Source of the DNA: Alphaproteobacteria bacterium HGW-Alphaproteobacteria-7
GTDB lineage: Bacteria; Pseudomonadota; Alphaproteobacteria; Sphingomonadales; Sphingomonadaceae
DNA: 64,000 bases
Direction of reading: 5' to 3'
Assembly: GCA_002842735.1 (NCBI GenBank)
Contig: PHEB01000020.1
Location: 579 to 64,578 of the forward strand
This document shows positions 33,885-42,315 of the stretch, one piece after another. The position numbers and the translations under genes were made by a program. The notes under the pieces are model-generated. The model did not search any database. It had not been told where the DNA came from and worked only from the letters and a program-made list of their open reading frames with translations. Numbering within the stretch: the stretch's first letter is position 1; each line of letters begins with the position of its first letter.

Positions 33885-34807
33885 TCAGGCTGCTTCCTTC
33901 GCTGCAGTCGAAGTGACAACGCGGCCTGCGGGGTCATGCAGCCCCTGCATCGCATGGCCCACCACTGCCATCCGCGCCCGTGCCGCCGCCGCCAGCAGCG
34001 GCTTGTCCTTGCGGGCATAATCGGAAGGGTTCATCCCCATAAACCGCCGGAAATCGCGCACGAAATGCGACTGGTCGTGATAGTGGCAATCCAGCGCGCC
34101 CAGCCATGACAGGTCGGGATCAAGCATGAAACGTTCAAGACTGCGCAGAAATCGCTGGCGGCGCAGCAACAGCTTGGGCGCAAAGCCGAATGCCCGGCGC
34201 GACAAGCGCTCGACACTGCGCACCGCCACGCCCAGCCGCGCGGCAAGGTCTGCCACCGTCACCGTGTCGGGATCGACCAGCGCGGCGTTGAGCGCAGCAA
34301 TCGCCGGATCAATGGGCGGCGCGGCGGCGCACAGCTGCGCCATGTGCGATTGGATCACCGCCAATTCGCCAGCGTAATCGCCGCCGCTCGCGGCCAGCGC
34401 GTCGGCGAGCGAGGTGAACGGCGCAAAGGCCGGATCGGCGCGCCCGTCCACCGAACGGTCGGCATAATCCGCCGCCGACACGCCAGTCAGCAGGCCCAGC
34501 CCGCCGGCATCAGCCCGATCCCCCAGCTGCGCCCCGAACCGATGCGAAACCGCATCGCGCGGCTGGTCGGCCCGGTCACCGCAAAGTCCGGGCTGGGGCT
34601 GACTTCGTCCACCCCAATCACTGTCTGCACCGAAGTCGCATCCAGAAAACGCAGATTGGCCCATTCTGGCATAAGATAGTCTTCCAGCCAGGGTTGCGGC
34701 ATCGAACAATTCACGTCGGTGCAGTAAAGGGTTGTAATAAAAGGCCGCAGTGCCTCGTCCGGAAGGCAGAAGCGAATTGTTGCTGAGTTGTTTGTTCTGG
34801 CGTGCAT
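33885..34807 (-). pseudogene. AraC-family transcriptional regulator, frame broken by a single-base indel near 34490-34496
   Basis: The N-terminal half is in track ORF 34487..34924 (from ATG 34807) and the C-terminal HTH half in track ORF 33885..34877. Both halves align with the intact paralogue 35814..36731 (GIGLMPAGWA / GVGFLPLGWA, then FGFAPKLLLRRQRFLRSL / FGFSPKLLMRRQRFMRSL). Confidence 0.75.
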
Positions 34808-34917
34808 GGTCGTCGTCGTCCCCCCTGACGAACGCCCCGGGCCGGGTCGTGTTATTACAATGTGAAGCATTGGGCACATCTTACAATCCCTTTTCGACGG
34901 TTTTGGGGGAGTAAACC

Positions 34918-35799
34918 ATGACAAAAGTTGTTAGATTTTCATTCGGGATCGCCGCTGCTGCCGTGATCGCTGCACCGCTGCACGCCAAGGATGACAAGGG
35001 CACGCCCGAACTGGTGCGGTGCAGCCAGAGCATCGGTTCGATCGCACTGGTCGAAGGCGATCAGGCCGGGTGGACGGATTGGGGGTTGGGTTCCCCGCGT
35101 GCGCTGATCAACGCACTGGCAACGGAATCCGGCTGTTTCACCATCGACAATCCGAACGATACCGCTCCGGCACGGTTTCTGGTGACCGCGATTGCCGGAT
35201 CTGCCGAGGAAGTCGATCAAGGCATGGAAGTGGCCAAAGGCGCCGCGACCGAGGCCTTGGTGCGATCCGGCGCAGCCAGCGGTCTGCTGCGCGGAGTGCC
35301 GGGGGCAGGCGCAATGCTCGGCATGTTCGGCGGGCTGGGTGGCAAGAAAAAAACTGTCGCCGCGGACCTGCGGGTGGTCAGCCCGGCGAATGGTATGACA
35401 GTCGCTTTGGGGCAAGGCACGGTCAAAAAATCGTCGATCAATTTCGGCAATGCCTCGTATGGCTGGGCGGGCACAGCGGCCAATGCCTCAGGCTATCAGG
35501 GCAACAAGAACGGCGAGATGCTGACCGAAGCCTTTGTGATCGCCTTCAACCAGTTGGTCGCCCAGCGCGAGTTGATGGCATCGGCGCCCGAGGCTGCAGG
35601 CGCAGCCGCGGCGGAACCAGCGGCGGTGGTCGCGGTGGATACCGTGATGCGCTCTGCTGCTGCTGCCGATGCCAGCGCGGTGCGATCCTTGCGGGCAGGT
35701 ACCGAGCTTGATCCGACCGGCAACCGCGCCGGCCTGTTCATCGAGGTGAAGGACAATTTCGGCACCACCGGCTGGGTCTCGGTCGAAGACCTGCGTTAA
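34918..35799 (+). CDS. secreted CsgG/HfaB-like domain protein with C-terminal bacterial SH3 domain
   Basis: Signal peptide MTKVVRFSFGIAAAAVIAAPLHA. SIALVEGDQ...ALINALATESGCFTI, GGLGGKKKTVAADLRVVSPANGMTV resembles CsgG (AVNLRVVNVSTGEIL). The C-terminal VRSLRAGTELDPTGNRAGLFIEVKDNFGTTGWVSVEDL is SH3b-like. GGGGGA RBS. Confidence 0.5.
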   Translation: MTKVVRFSFGIAAAAVIAAPLHAKDDKGTPELVRCSQSIGSIALVEGDQAGWTDWGLGSPRALINALATESGCFTIDNPNDTAPARFLVTAIAGSAEEVDQGMEVAKGAATEALVRSGAASGLLRGVPGAGAMLGMFGGLGGKKKTVAADLRVVSPANGMTVALGQGTVKKSSINFGNASYGWAGTAANASGYQGNKNGEMLTEAFVIAFNQLVAQRELMASAPEAAGAAAAEPAAVVAVDTVMRSAAAADASAVRSLRAGTELDPTGNRAGLFIEVKDNFGTTGWVSVEDLR

Positions 35800-35813
35800 G
35801 CCTGCAATCGGGT

Positions 35814-36731
35814 TCAGCGCGGTGTATCCAGCGTTTGCGCAGCGCTGCCCCACATCCGCGCGCGGGCTTCCATGAACGATTTCAGAATCGGGTGGTCCAG
35901 CGCGGCATATTCACTTGGGTTCATGGTCATGAATTCGTGGAACTCGCGGGTGAATTGCGCCTGATCGTGGTAATGTGCATCCATTGCCTCGGTCCAGTGG
36001 CTATCGTGATGGAGCATATACGTGGTGAGGCTGCGCATGAACCGCTGGCGGCGCATCAGCAGCTTGGGCGAAAAGCCGAAATATTTCGTCGACAACCGTT
36101 CCAGCATGCGAATACTCATCGCGCAGGAATCGGCCAGATCGCGCACGGAGGCGTGCTCGCTATTGACCAACTCGCGGTGCACGCGGGCAATGCGGGCATC
36201 GTCGCGGGTGGGGCGCATCATCTGCGTCATGGCGTTGACGATCGCATCGAACTGTTCGTCCATGCTGGCCTGTGGATTGCATAGCGTATCGGCCAGTCCG
36301 GCAAAGTGCTGAAAGGCGGAATGCGCCGCGCCATCGCAGATGATGTTGGCGCAGCTGCGCGCATCGGATCGCATGAACCGCGCCCATCCCAGCGGAAGGA
36401 AGCCCACACCCCACATCCGCAGCGGCCCCAGCGTAAACCGGCATGGCAGCGCGCTTGGCCCCGTCGCGACGAAGGGCGCGCCGCTGACGCGAATTGCACC
36501 AATCTCTGCATCAGGTGCACTGCCACAGAAGAAACGGATATTGCCCCATTCGGGCTGGAGGTAATCGGTAACCCGCGAAGCCGGATCATCCAAATCCAAC
36601 GCCACGTGATAGAAGGTGGTAAAGCACCCTGCGAACTGCGCAGGCGGTTCGCGGAATTCCGCGTGGAGCCGGTAGCCACCAAGCGGCAGAAGGCCACCTA
36701 TCACGCGTGTATCAACCCTATCCCCCATCAT
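35814..36731 (-). CDS. AraC-family transcriptional regulator (intact paralogue)
   Basis: 305 aa. The C-terminal HTH region VRDLADSCAMSIRMLERLSTKYFGFSPKLLMRRQRFMRSL...HYHDQAQFTREFHEFMTMNPSEY. Confidence 0.85.
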   Translation of the reverse strand: MMGDRVDTRVIGGLLPLGGYRLHAEFREPPAQFAGCFTTFYHVALDLDDPASRVTDYLQPEWGNIRFFCGSAPDAEIGAIRVSGAPFVATGPSALPCRFTLGPLRMWGVGFLPLGWARFMRSDARSCANIICDGAAHSAFQHFAGLADTLCNPQASMDEQFDAIVNAMTQMMRPTRDDARIARVHRELVNSEHASVRDLADSCAMSIRMLERLSTKYFGFSPKLLMRRQRFMRSLTTYMLHHDSHWTEAMDAHYHDQAQFTREFHEFMTMNPSEYAALDHPILKSFMEARARMWGSAAQTLDTPR

Positions 36732-36790
36732 TTGCAGATTGGGCGAAAAGACACAGCCTTACAAGGCTGGCGGCACATTCTTCCAAATGG

Positions 36791-36824
36791 CCACGAAAAA
36801 GGCGAGCCTTTTCAGGGGCTCGCC
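36791..36824 (-). terminator. intrinsic terminator of rpmI-rplT
   Basis: Minus strand reads GGCGAGCC-cctgaaaa-GGCTCGCC followed by TTTTT, 50 nt after the rplT stop. Confidence 0.75.
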
Positions 36825-36873
36825 ATAATTCGATTCTACCCCAGGCGGGCCAGTCAGTCCGTCTTGCGACCAA

Positions 36874-37233
36874 TCAGGCGGGCAGCGCGGCCTTGGCCTG
36901 CTGGATCACGGCCTTGAACGCGCCGCCTTCGTTCATAGCGAGATCGGCCATCGCCTTGCGGTCGAGTTCGATCCCGGCCAGCTTGATGCCGTGCATGAAC
37001 TGCGAATAGGTCAGGCCTTCCATGCGGACGGCGGCATTGATGCGCTGGATCCACAGGGCGCGGAACGTGCGCTTCTTAACCTTGCGGTCGCGGTAGGCGT
37101 ATTGCCCGGCCTTTTCGACCGCCTGACGGGCGATGCGGATAGTGTTCTTGCGGCGACCGCGATAGCCCTTGGCCTGATCGAGAATCCGCTTGTGTTTGGC
37201 GCGGGTGGTAACACCGCGTTTGATGCGAGACAT
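36874..37233 (-). CDS. rplT: 50S ribosomal protein L20
   Basis: [30 protein letters not shown]... Confidence 0.95.
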   Translation of the reverse strand: MSRIKRGVTTRAKHKRILDQAKGYRGRRKNTIRIARQAVEKAGQYAYRDRKVKKRTFRALWIQRINAAVRMEGLTYSQFMHGIKLAGIELDRKAMADLAMNEGGAFKAVIQQAKAALPA

Positions 37234-37282
37234 ATCAGTATATCCTTATCTTGAGGACGCGCTGGCCATCAGGCCTGCTGCA

Positions 37283-37486
37283 TCAATCCAGCCCGTAGGG
37301 CGCCCATTTCTTGATCGTCGGCGTGTCGTGCGACGACAGTACCGATGTCCCGCGATTCTGGCGGATATACTTCGCATTGTGGCTGATCAGACGGTGACGC
37401 TTGCCAGCGACGCCGTGCTTGACCTTGCCGGTGGCGGTGATTTTGAAACGTTTCTTCACACCGCTCTTGGTCTTCAGCTTGGGCAT
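37283..37486 (-). CDS. rpmI: 50S ribosomal protein L35
   Basis: [24 protein letters not shown]..., 67 aa, AGGAGAT 4 nt upstream. The longer track ORF is spurious. Confidence 0.93.
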   Translation of the reverse strand: MPKLKTKSGVKKRFKITATGKVKHGVAGKRHRLISHNAKYIRQNRGTSVLSSHDTPTIKKWAPYGLD

Positions 37487-37918
37487 TTTCATCTCCTGTA
37501 AGAGACACGTCGGAACCGGCCATGGCAGCCCTTGTCGCCAGGCTGGCTGATTGATTCGTGTCAGTGAAGTGCGCGCGGATAGGCGGGAAGGGGTGGAAAG
37601 GCAAGGGCAAGGGTGTTGAGGCAGAATCAAACCCGCCCTTGAAGCCGCGCCTATATTCCACGCCGAACGCGATGCAGCTTTTGCAAATCGCGCGTGGACG
37701 CCGGCGTTGTAACCTATTGCCGGTTTATAACGAACGTTCCAGTTAACCAGCAGCTCCCCCCCCAACCCCTGCTGCTGGTCGGGGCCGCGCCGCTTACAAG
37801 ATCGCAAGATCGGGCGGCGCGGCACCATTATTGTTCGGTATCAGCGCACTCAGCGAATTGCCGGACGCGGCGCTGTCGTAGCGGGCACGGGGTCGCATGA
37901 CGAAGGCCCGTTGACAGC

Positions 37919-38689
37919 CTACCCCATCGCCTCAAGCACATCTTCCAGCCGCGCCGGATCGCCCAATGCGATCACCGTGCCGTCACTTGCCGCATCCAAG
38001 GGATTGCCCTGCCAGTCGGCCATTATCCCGCCTGCGCCTTCGACCACCGGAACGAGCGCGGCATAGTCATACAGCTTCAGCCCAGCCTCGATCACCGCGT
38101 CGATATGACCGGATGCGACGAGGCCGTAATTGTAGCAGTCCCCGCCGTAGATAATCTTCTTTTCCGCCACCTGCTTGGCCACGCTCATGAAAGCGTCAGC
38201 CTCCTCATTGGTGAACAGGTGCGGGCTGGTGGTGGCGAGCACCGCGTCGGACAGTTCTTTCAGCGGGCGGGCCTGAGCGGGCTTGCCGTTGAACAGAGTC
38301 GGCTGGCCGATCCTCCCGACCCAGCGTTCACCCGCAATCGGCTGGTCAATGATTCCCAGCACCGGCCAACCATCCTGCAACATCGCGATCAGCGTGCCGA
38401 AGATCGGGCGTCCGGCGATGAAGCTGGTGGTGCCGTCAATCGGATCGAGCACCCATTGACGGCCTGCGCCTTCGTTGCGGGTGCCATATTCCTCGCCGAT
38501 GATGCCGTCGCGGGGGAATTCGGCCTCGATCAGCCGCCGCATCGCGGCTTCGGCAGCGCGGTCGGCTTCGGTGACAAAGGAGCGGTCGGCTTTGCGCTCC
38601 TCGCTCCACTGGCCGCGAAACAGCGGACGGATCGCCGCCCCGGCAAGATCGGCGAGGCGCAGGGCGAGGGCGAGGTCTTTATCGGTCAT
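37919..38689 (-). CDS. inositol monophosphatase family protein (possibly a histidinol-phosphatase type)
   Basis: FVTEADRAAE, WVLDPIDGTTSF, YGGDCYNY. Confidence 0.8.
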   Translation of the reverse strand: MTDKDLALALRLADLAGAAIRPLFRGQWSEERKADRSFVTEADRAAEAAMRRLIEAEFPRDGIIGEEYGTRNEGAGRQWVLDPIDGTTSFIAGRPIFGTLIAMLQDGWPVLGIIDQPIAGERWVGRIGQPTLFNGKPAQARPLKELSDAVLATTSPHLFTNEEADAFMSVAKQVAEKKIIYGGDCYNYGLVASGHIDAVIEAGLKLYDYAALVPVVEGAGGIMADWQGNPLDAASDGTVIALGDPARLEDVLEAMG

Positions 38690-38718
38690 TTACAATGTCA
38701 GCCATGGGGCTCCCTATC

Positions 38719-38819
38719 CGTCATTGCGAGGAGCGAAGCGACGCGGCAATCCATTAACCGCCGCCGCATCTGCCGCGATGTCTGGCCATGGATTGCTTCG
38801 CCTTCGGCTCGCAATGACG
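38719..38819. repeat. palindromic intergenic element, copy 1 (12-nt perfect termini CGTCATTGCGAG/CTCGCAATGACG)
   Basis: The arms CGTCATTGCGAGGAGCGAAGCGACGCGGCAATCCAT and ATGGATTGCTTCGCCTTCGGCTCGCAATGACG fill the prs-IMPase spacer. It matches the reverse complement of 44305-44406 in both arms; the central ~30 nt differ. Confidence 0.85.
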
Positions 38820-38821
38820 AA

Positions 38822-39757
38822 CTAATCAAATAGGCTCGACACGCTGCTCTCATCCGCAATACGCCGGATCGCTTCGCCCACCAGCGGGGCAATCGGAAGG
38901 ATGCGGATGCGGCCTGATACTTCGGCGGCTTCAGTCGGGCGGATCGAATCGGTGATCACCAGCTCTTTAAGGCGCGACCCGTTGATCCGCGCCACCGCTC
39001 CGCCCGACAACACCCCGTGGGTGATATAGGCCGCGACCGACTTTGCGCCGTTTTCCAGCAGCGCCTCGGCCGCGTTGCACAGGGTTCCGCCTGAATCGAC
39101 CATATCGTCGATCAGGATGCAGTGCCGGCCCGAAACGTCGCCGATGATGTTCATCACCTCGCTTTCGCCCGGCCGGTCACGGCGCTTGTCGACGATCGCC
39201 AGCGGCGCGTTGTCGAGCCGTTTGGCAAGCGATCGCGCGCGCACCACCCCGCCAACGTCGGGCGACACCACCATCAGATCCTGATCGCCATACCGCGCCT
39301 GAATATCCGCAGCCATGACCGGCGCGGCATAAAGATTATCGGTCGGAATATCGAAAAAACCCTGAATCTGCCCCGCGTGCAGGTCCACCGCCAGCATCCG
39401 GTCTGCCCCCGCCTCGGTAATCAGGTTGGCCACCAACTTGGCCGAAATCGGCGTGCGTGGCCCCGGCTTGCGATCCTGCCGGGCGTAACCGAAATAGGGC
39501 ACCACCGCAGTGATCCGCTTGGCCGAGGCGCGGCGCAGCGCGTCGATGCAAATCAGCAATTCCATCAGATTGTCGTTGGCCGGAAAACTGGTCGGCTGGA
39601 CGACAAACACGTCTTCACCGCGCACGTTTTCGTGGATTTCGACGAATATTTCTTCGTCGGAGAATCGCCGCACACTGGCATCGGTGAGCGGCATTTCGAG
39701 ATAGGCCGCGATGGCCCGGGCGAGCGGCAGGTTCGAATTGCCGGACATGATCTTCAT
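38822..39757 (-). CDS. prs: ribose-phosphate pyrophosphokinase
   Basis: [49 protein letters not shown]. Confidence 0.93.
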   Translation of the reverse strand: MKIMSGNSNLPLARAIAAYLEMPLTDASVRRFSDEEIFVEIHENVRGEDVFVVQPTSFPANDNLMELLICIDALRRASAKRITAVVPYFGYARQDRKPGPRTPISAKLVANLITEAGADRMLAVDLHAGQIQGFFDIPTDNLYAAPVMAADIQARYGDQDLMVVSPDVGGVVRARSLAKRLDNAPLAIVDKRRDRPGESEVMNIIGDVSGRHCILIDDMVDSGGTLCNAAEALLENGAKSVAAYITHGVLSGGAVARINGSRLKELVITDSIRPTEAAEVSGRIRILPIAPLVGEAIRRIADESSVSSLFD

Positions 39758-39896
39758 GGCGCGCGAATCCCCGATGGCAGGTGATCCGCTTCGCCTAGCG
39801 ACACGTCATAGGAATGCAACAGACTGAGCAGCGGTTGTCGTCAGGTGTGAACGAAAGCGCTTGCGTGGGTGCGCTGTATTGCGCAAGTAAACCACC

Positions 39897-40415
39897 ATGG
39901 ATAAATCATCTGCGCCAACCCCTGTCGATCAGCCGTCCGATGACGAGGGCGAGCTTACCAGACTGCACCCCAATTACGCTCACGCGCTGCGGGTGCAGGC
40001 GGCACTGACCGCGATTCCGTTTCTGATAGGATCGCTGGTGCTGGAGACGGCCTTTCGCGATCAGGCGGCCTTCCCCAGCGGGATCATTGCCGGGCCGGTG
40101 CTGCTGATTGCACTGGCGTTGATCATCCGCATCCCGGCGCGGCGTTACCATGCGCGCGGGTATCAGATCAGCGCTGACCGGCTGCGGGTGGTGCGCGGCT
40201 TGCTGTGGCGTTCGGACACGGTGGTGCCGTTCAGCCGGGTGCAGCATATCGATGTGCATCAAGGCCCGCTCGAACGGTTTTTCGGCATCGCCACGCTGAC
40301 GCTGCACACTGCGGGCAATCACAATGCGAGTGTGGCATTGCCCGGACTGGAAGAGGCGCTCGCAAGGGAAATGCGCGAAGAGATTCGCGCCCATATCCGG
40401 CGGGAGAGCCTGTGA
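39897..40415 (+). CDS. membrane protein with bacterial PH domain (bPH_2; YdbS-like)
   Basis: Two TM segments, then RGLLWRSDTVVPFSRVQHIDVHQGPLERFFGIATLTLHTAG. Confidence 0.75.
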   Translation: MDKSSAPTPVDQPSDDEGELTRLHPNYAHALRVQAALTAIPFLIGSLVLETAFRDQAAFPSGIIAGPVLLIALALIIRIPARRYHARGYQISADRLRVVRGLLWRSDTVVPFSRVQHIDVHQGPLERFFGIATLTLHTAGNHNASVALPGLEEALAREMREEIRAHIRRESL

Positions 40416-41974
40416 TCCAGCCGCAGAGAACCGCGCCGATCAGCGTTGTTTTGGGCGCAATCGGCAGCATCCGCAGCGCGATCATTCCGGCTATTGCGGT
40501 TGCGTTTTCCGGGATTGGCGGTGCGGGCCGGATGCTGGTCGCCATCGGGGTTGTTGTGGCGGCGGCGATTATCGGCACGCTGTTCAGCTATATCGCCTGG
40601 CGGCGGCTGACCTATACCATCGGCGAACAGGATATCCGGGTGGAAAGCGGCGTGCTGAGCCGTTCGGCGCGTTCGGTTCCCTATGAGCGGATTCAGGATG
40701 TCAGCCTGGAAGCCAAGCTGCTTCCACGTCTGCTGGGCCTGGTCGCGGTCAAATTTGAAACCGGGGCGGGCGGGGGTGAAGACCTCGCGCTGACATACCT
40801 CACCGCCGCCGAGGGCGAGCGCCTGCGCCGATTGGTGCGCGAACGCCGCGATGATGGGCAACAGGCTGCTACGAGCACCGATCCAGCGGCACCCTCCACA
40901 TCGGGTGACGCGGATGAAGGCGACGTGCTGTTCGCAATGGGGCCAAGGCGGTTATTGCGCTTTGGATTGTTTGAATTCTCGCTCGCGGTGTTCGCGGTGC
41001 TGGGCGGCCTGCTGCAATATGTCGACATGGTCACCGATATTGACATCTGGAACGGCGATCTGTGGCGCGGTTGGCTGGAGGAACAGGGCACCATCATTGC
41101 CAGCCTTGGCCCTTACGCGCAGGCAGCGGGCGCGACCGCTGGGCTGTTCGGATTGGCGCTGATCGGTCTGGCAACCGGAATCCTGCGGACCTTTGCGCGC
41201 GATTGGGGGTTCACTCTTACCCGCAGCGCCCGCGGATTCCGACGGCAGCGCGGGCTTTTTACCCGCACCGATGTGGTAATGCCAGCGCACCGGGTGCAGG
41301 CGCTGGTGATTGGCACCGGGTTTATGCGCTATCGGTTTGGCTGGCACGGTTTGAGCTTCGTGAGCCTGGCGCAGGATGCCGGCAATGAAAGCCACGTCGT
41401 CGCCCCGTTTGCGCAGATGGACGAGATCGCGCCAATCGTGGCGGCGGCGGGGTTCCACCTGCCAGATGAGCGGATCAACTGGCACCGCGCCAGCCGGCGC
41501 CACCGCGATGACACGGCGATCATCAGCGCGCTGCCGTTTGTCGTGGCGGCGATTCTAGGGGCGGTCTTGGCGCCTCTTGGTGTGGCCTTGATCCCGCTTG
41601 GCCTGGCAGTAGTGATGGCCGGGGCGCAACTTTATGCGTGGGAGTTCCGGCGTCATGCGATTGATCCAGAACAGATTTTCTCCACCACCGGGCTGATGTC
41701 ACCCACCAGCCGGATTGCAACCCGGCAAAAACTGCACTCGGTGGAAATCGCGCAGGGGCCGCTGGCCCGCTGGCGTGGCTATGCCACGGTGCATCTGGGA
41801 CTGGCTGGCGGCAGTTTTTCAATTCCCGGCATACCATTGAAAACGGCTCGAATATTGCGAGTCAGCATTCTCGATACCATCGCCGCGACTGATTATTCGC
41901 AGATCGATGCGCCGCTTGATCAGGCTTTCAACACGGACCAATCGGGGTTGGCGGCAAATTTAGCGGCGACATAG
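40412..41974 (+). CDS. membrane protein with repeated bacterial PH domains (YdbT-like)
   Basis: GTG 40412 overlaps the upstream stop (GTGA). Three repeats of the pattern (V/L)LSRSARSVPYERIQDVS..., GLFTRTDVVMPAHRVQAL..., RIATRQKLHSVEIAQGPLARWRGYATVHL. Confidence 0.75.
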   Translation: MIQPQRTAPISVVLGAIGSIRSAIIPAIAVAFSGIGGAGRMLVAIGVVVAAAIIGTLFSYIAWRRLTYTIGEQDIRVESGVLSRSARSVPYERIQDVSLEAKLLPRLLGLVAVKFETGAGGGEDLALTYLTAAEGERLRRLVRERRDDGQQAATSTDPAAPSTSGDADEGDVLFAMGPRRLLRFGLFEFSLAVFAVLGGLLQYVDMVTDIDIWNGDLWRGWLEEQGTIIASLGPYAQAAGATAGLFGLALIGLATGILRTFARDWGFTLTRSARGFRRQRGLFTRTDVVMPAHRVQALVIGTGFMRYRFGWHGLSFVSLAQDAGNESHVVAPFAQMDEIAPIVAAAGFHLPDERINWHRASRRHRDDTAIISALPFVVAAILGAVLAPLGVALIPLGLAVVMAGAQLYAWEFRRHAIDPEQIFSTTGLMSPTSRIATRQKLHSVEIAQGPLARWRGYATVHLGLAGGSFSIPGIPLKTARILRVSILDTIAATDYSQIDAPLDQAFNTDQSGLAANLAAT

Positions 41975-42285
41975 GAACAATCCGGACGGATCAGGAAACC
42001 CTGCCGCCGTGCATCCGCGACCATTCGCATCACCAGCGCAGCCGCCACCCCGCGCCCGCCGATCGCGCGCGGCACCACGGTATGCGCGGCAATGCGCACT
42101 TCCTTGCCCGCCTGCATGCCGCCCGGTTCCCACTGAAGATAGGCCTCGTGCGAAGAATTGCGCACCACCGCTAAATAGCATCCACCCTGCCCCTGAACAT
42201 GGTGGGTGATGGTGAGTTCTGTGGTTTCCTCGCCCACTGGCCGTTTCTCCCGCTTGCGTTGACCGTATGTTTGGCCGCTTGCCAT
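41920..42285 (-). CDS. small GNAT-like N-acetyltransferase (YjdJ type)
   Basis: The last 121 codons of track ORF 41920..43161. RIAAHTVVPRAIGGRGVAAALVMRMVADARRQGFLIRPDCSYV. The start is ATG 42285 or 42300. The 3' end overlaps the ydbT-like 3' end by 55 nt. Confidence 0.6.
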   Translation of the reverse strand: MASGQTYGQRKREKRPVGEETTELTITHHVQGQGGCYLAVVRNSSHEAYLQWEPGGMQAGKEVRIAAHTVVPRAIGGRGVAAALVMRMVADARRQGFLIRPDCSYVAAKFAANPDWSVLKA

Positions 42286-42315
42286 GGCTGCGTGGCGCAT
42301 TAGAGGCGTTGTTCC

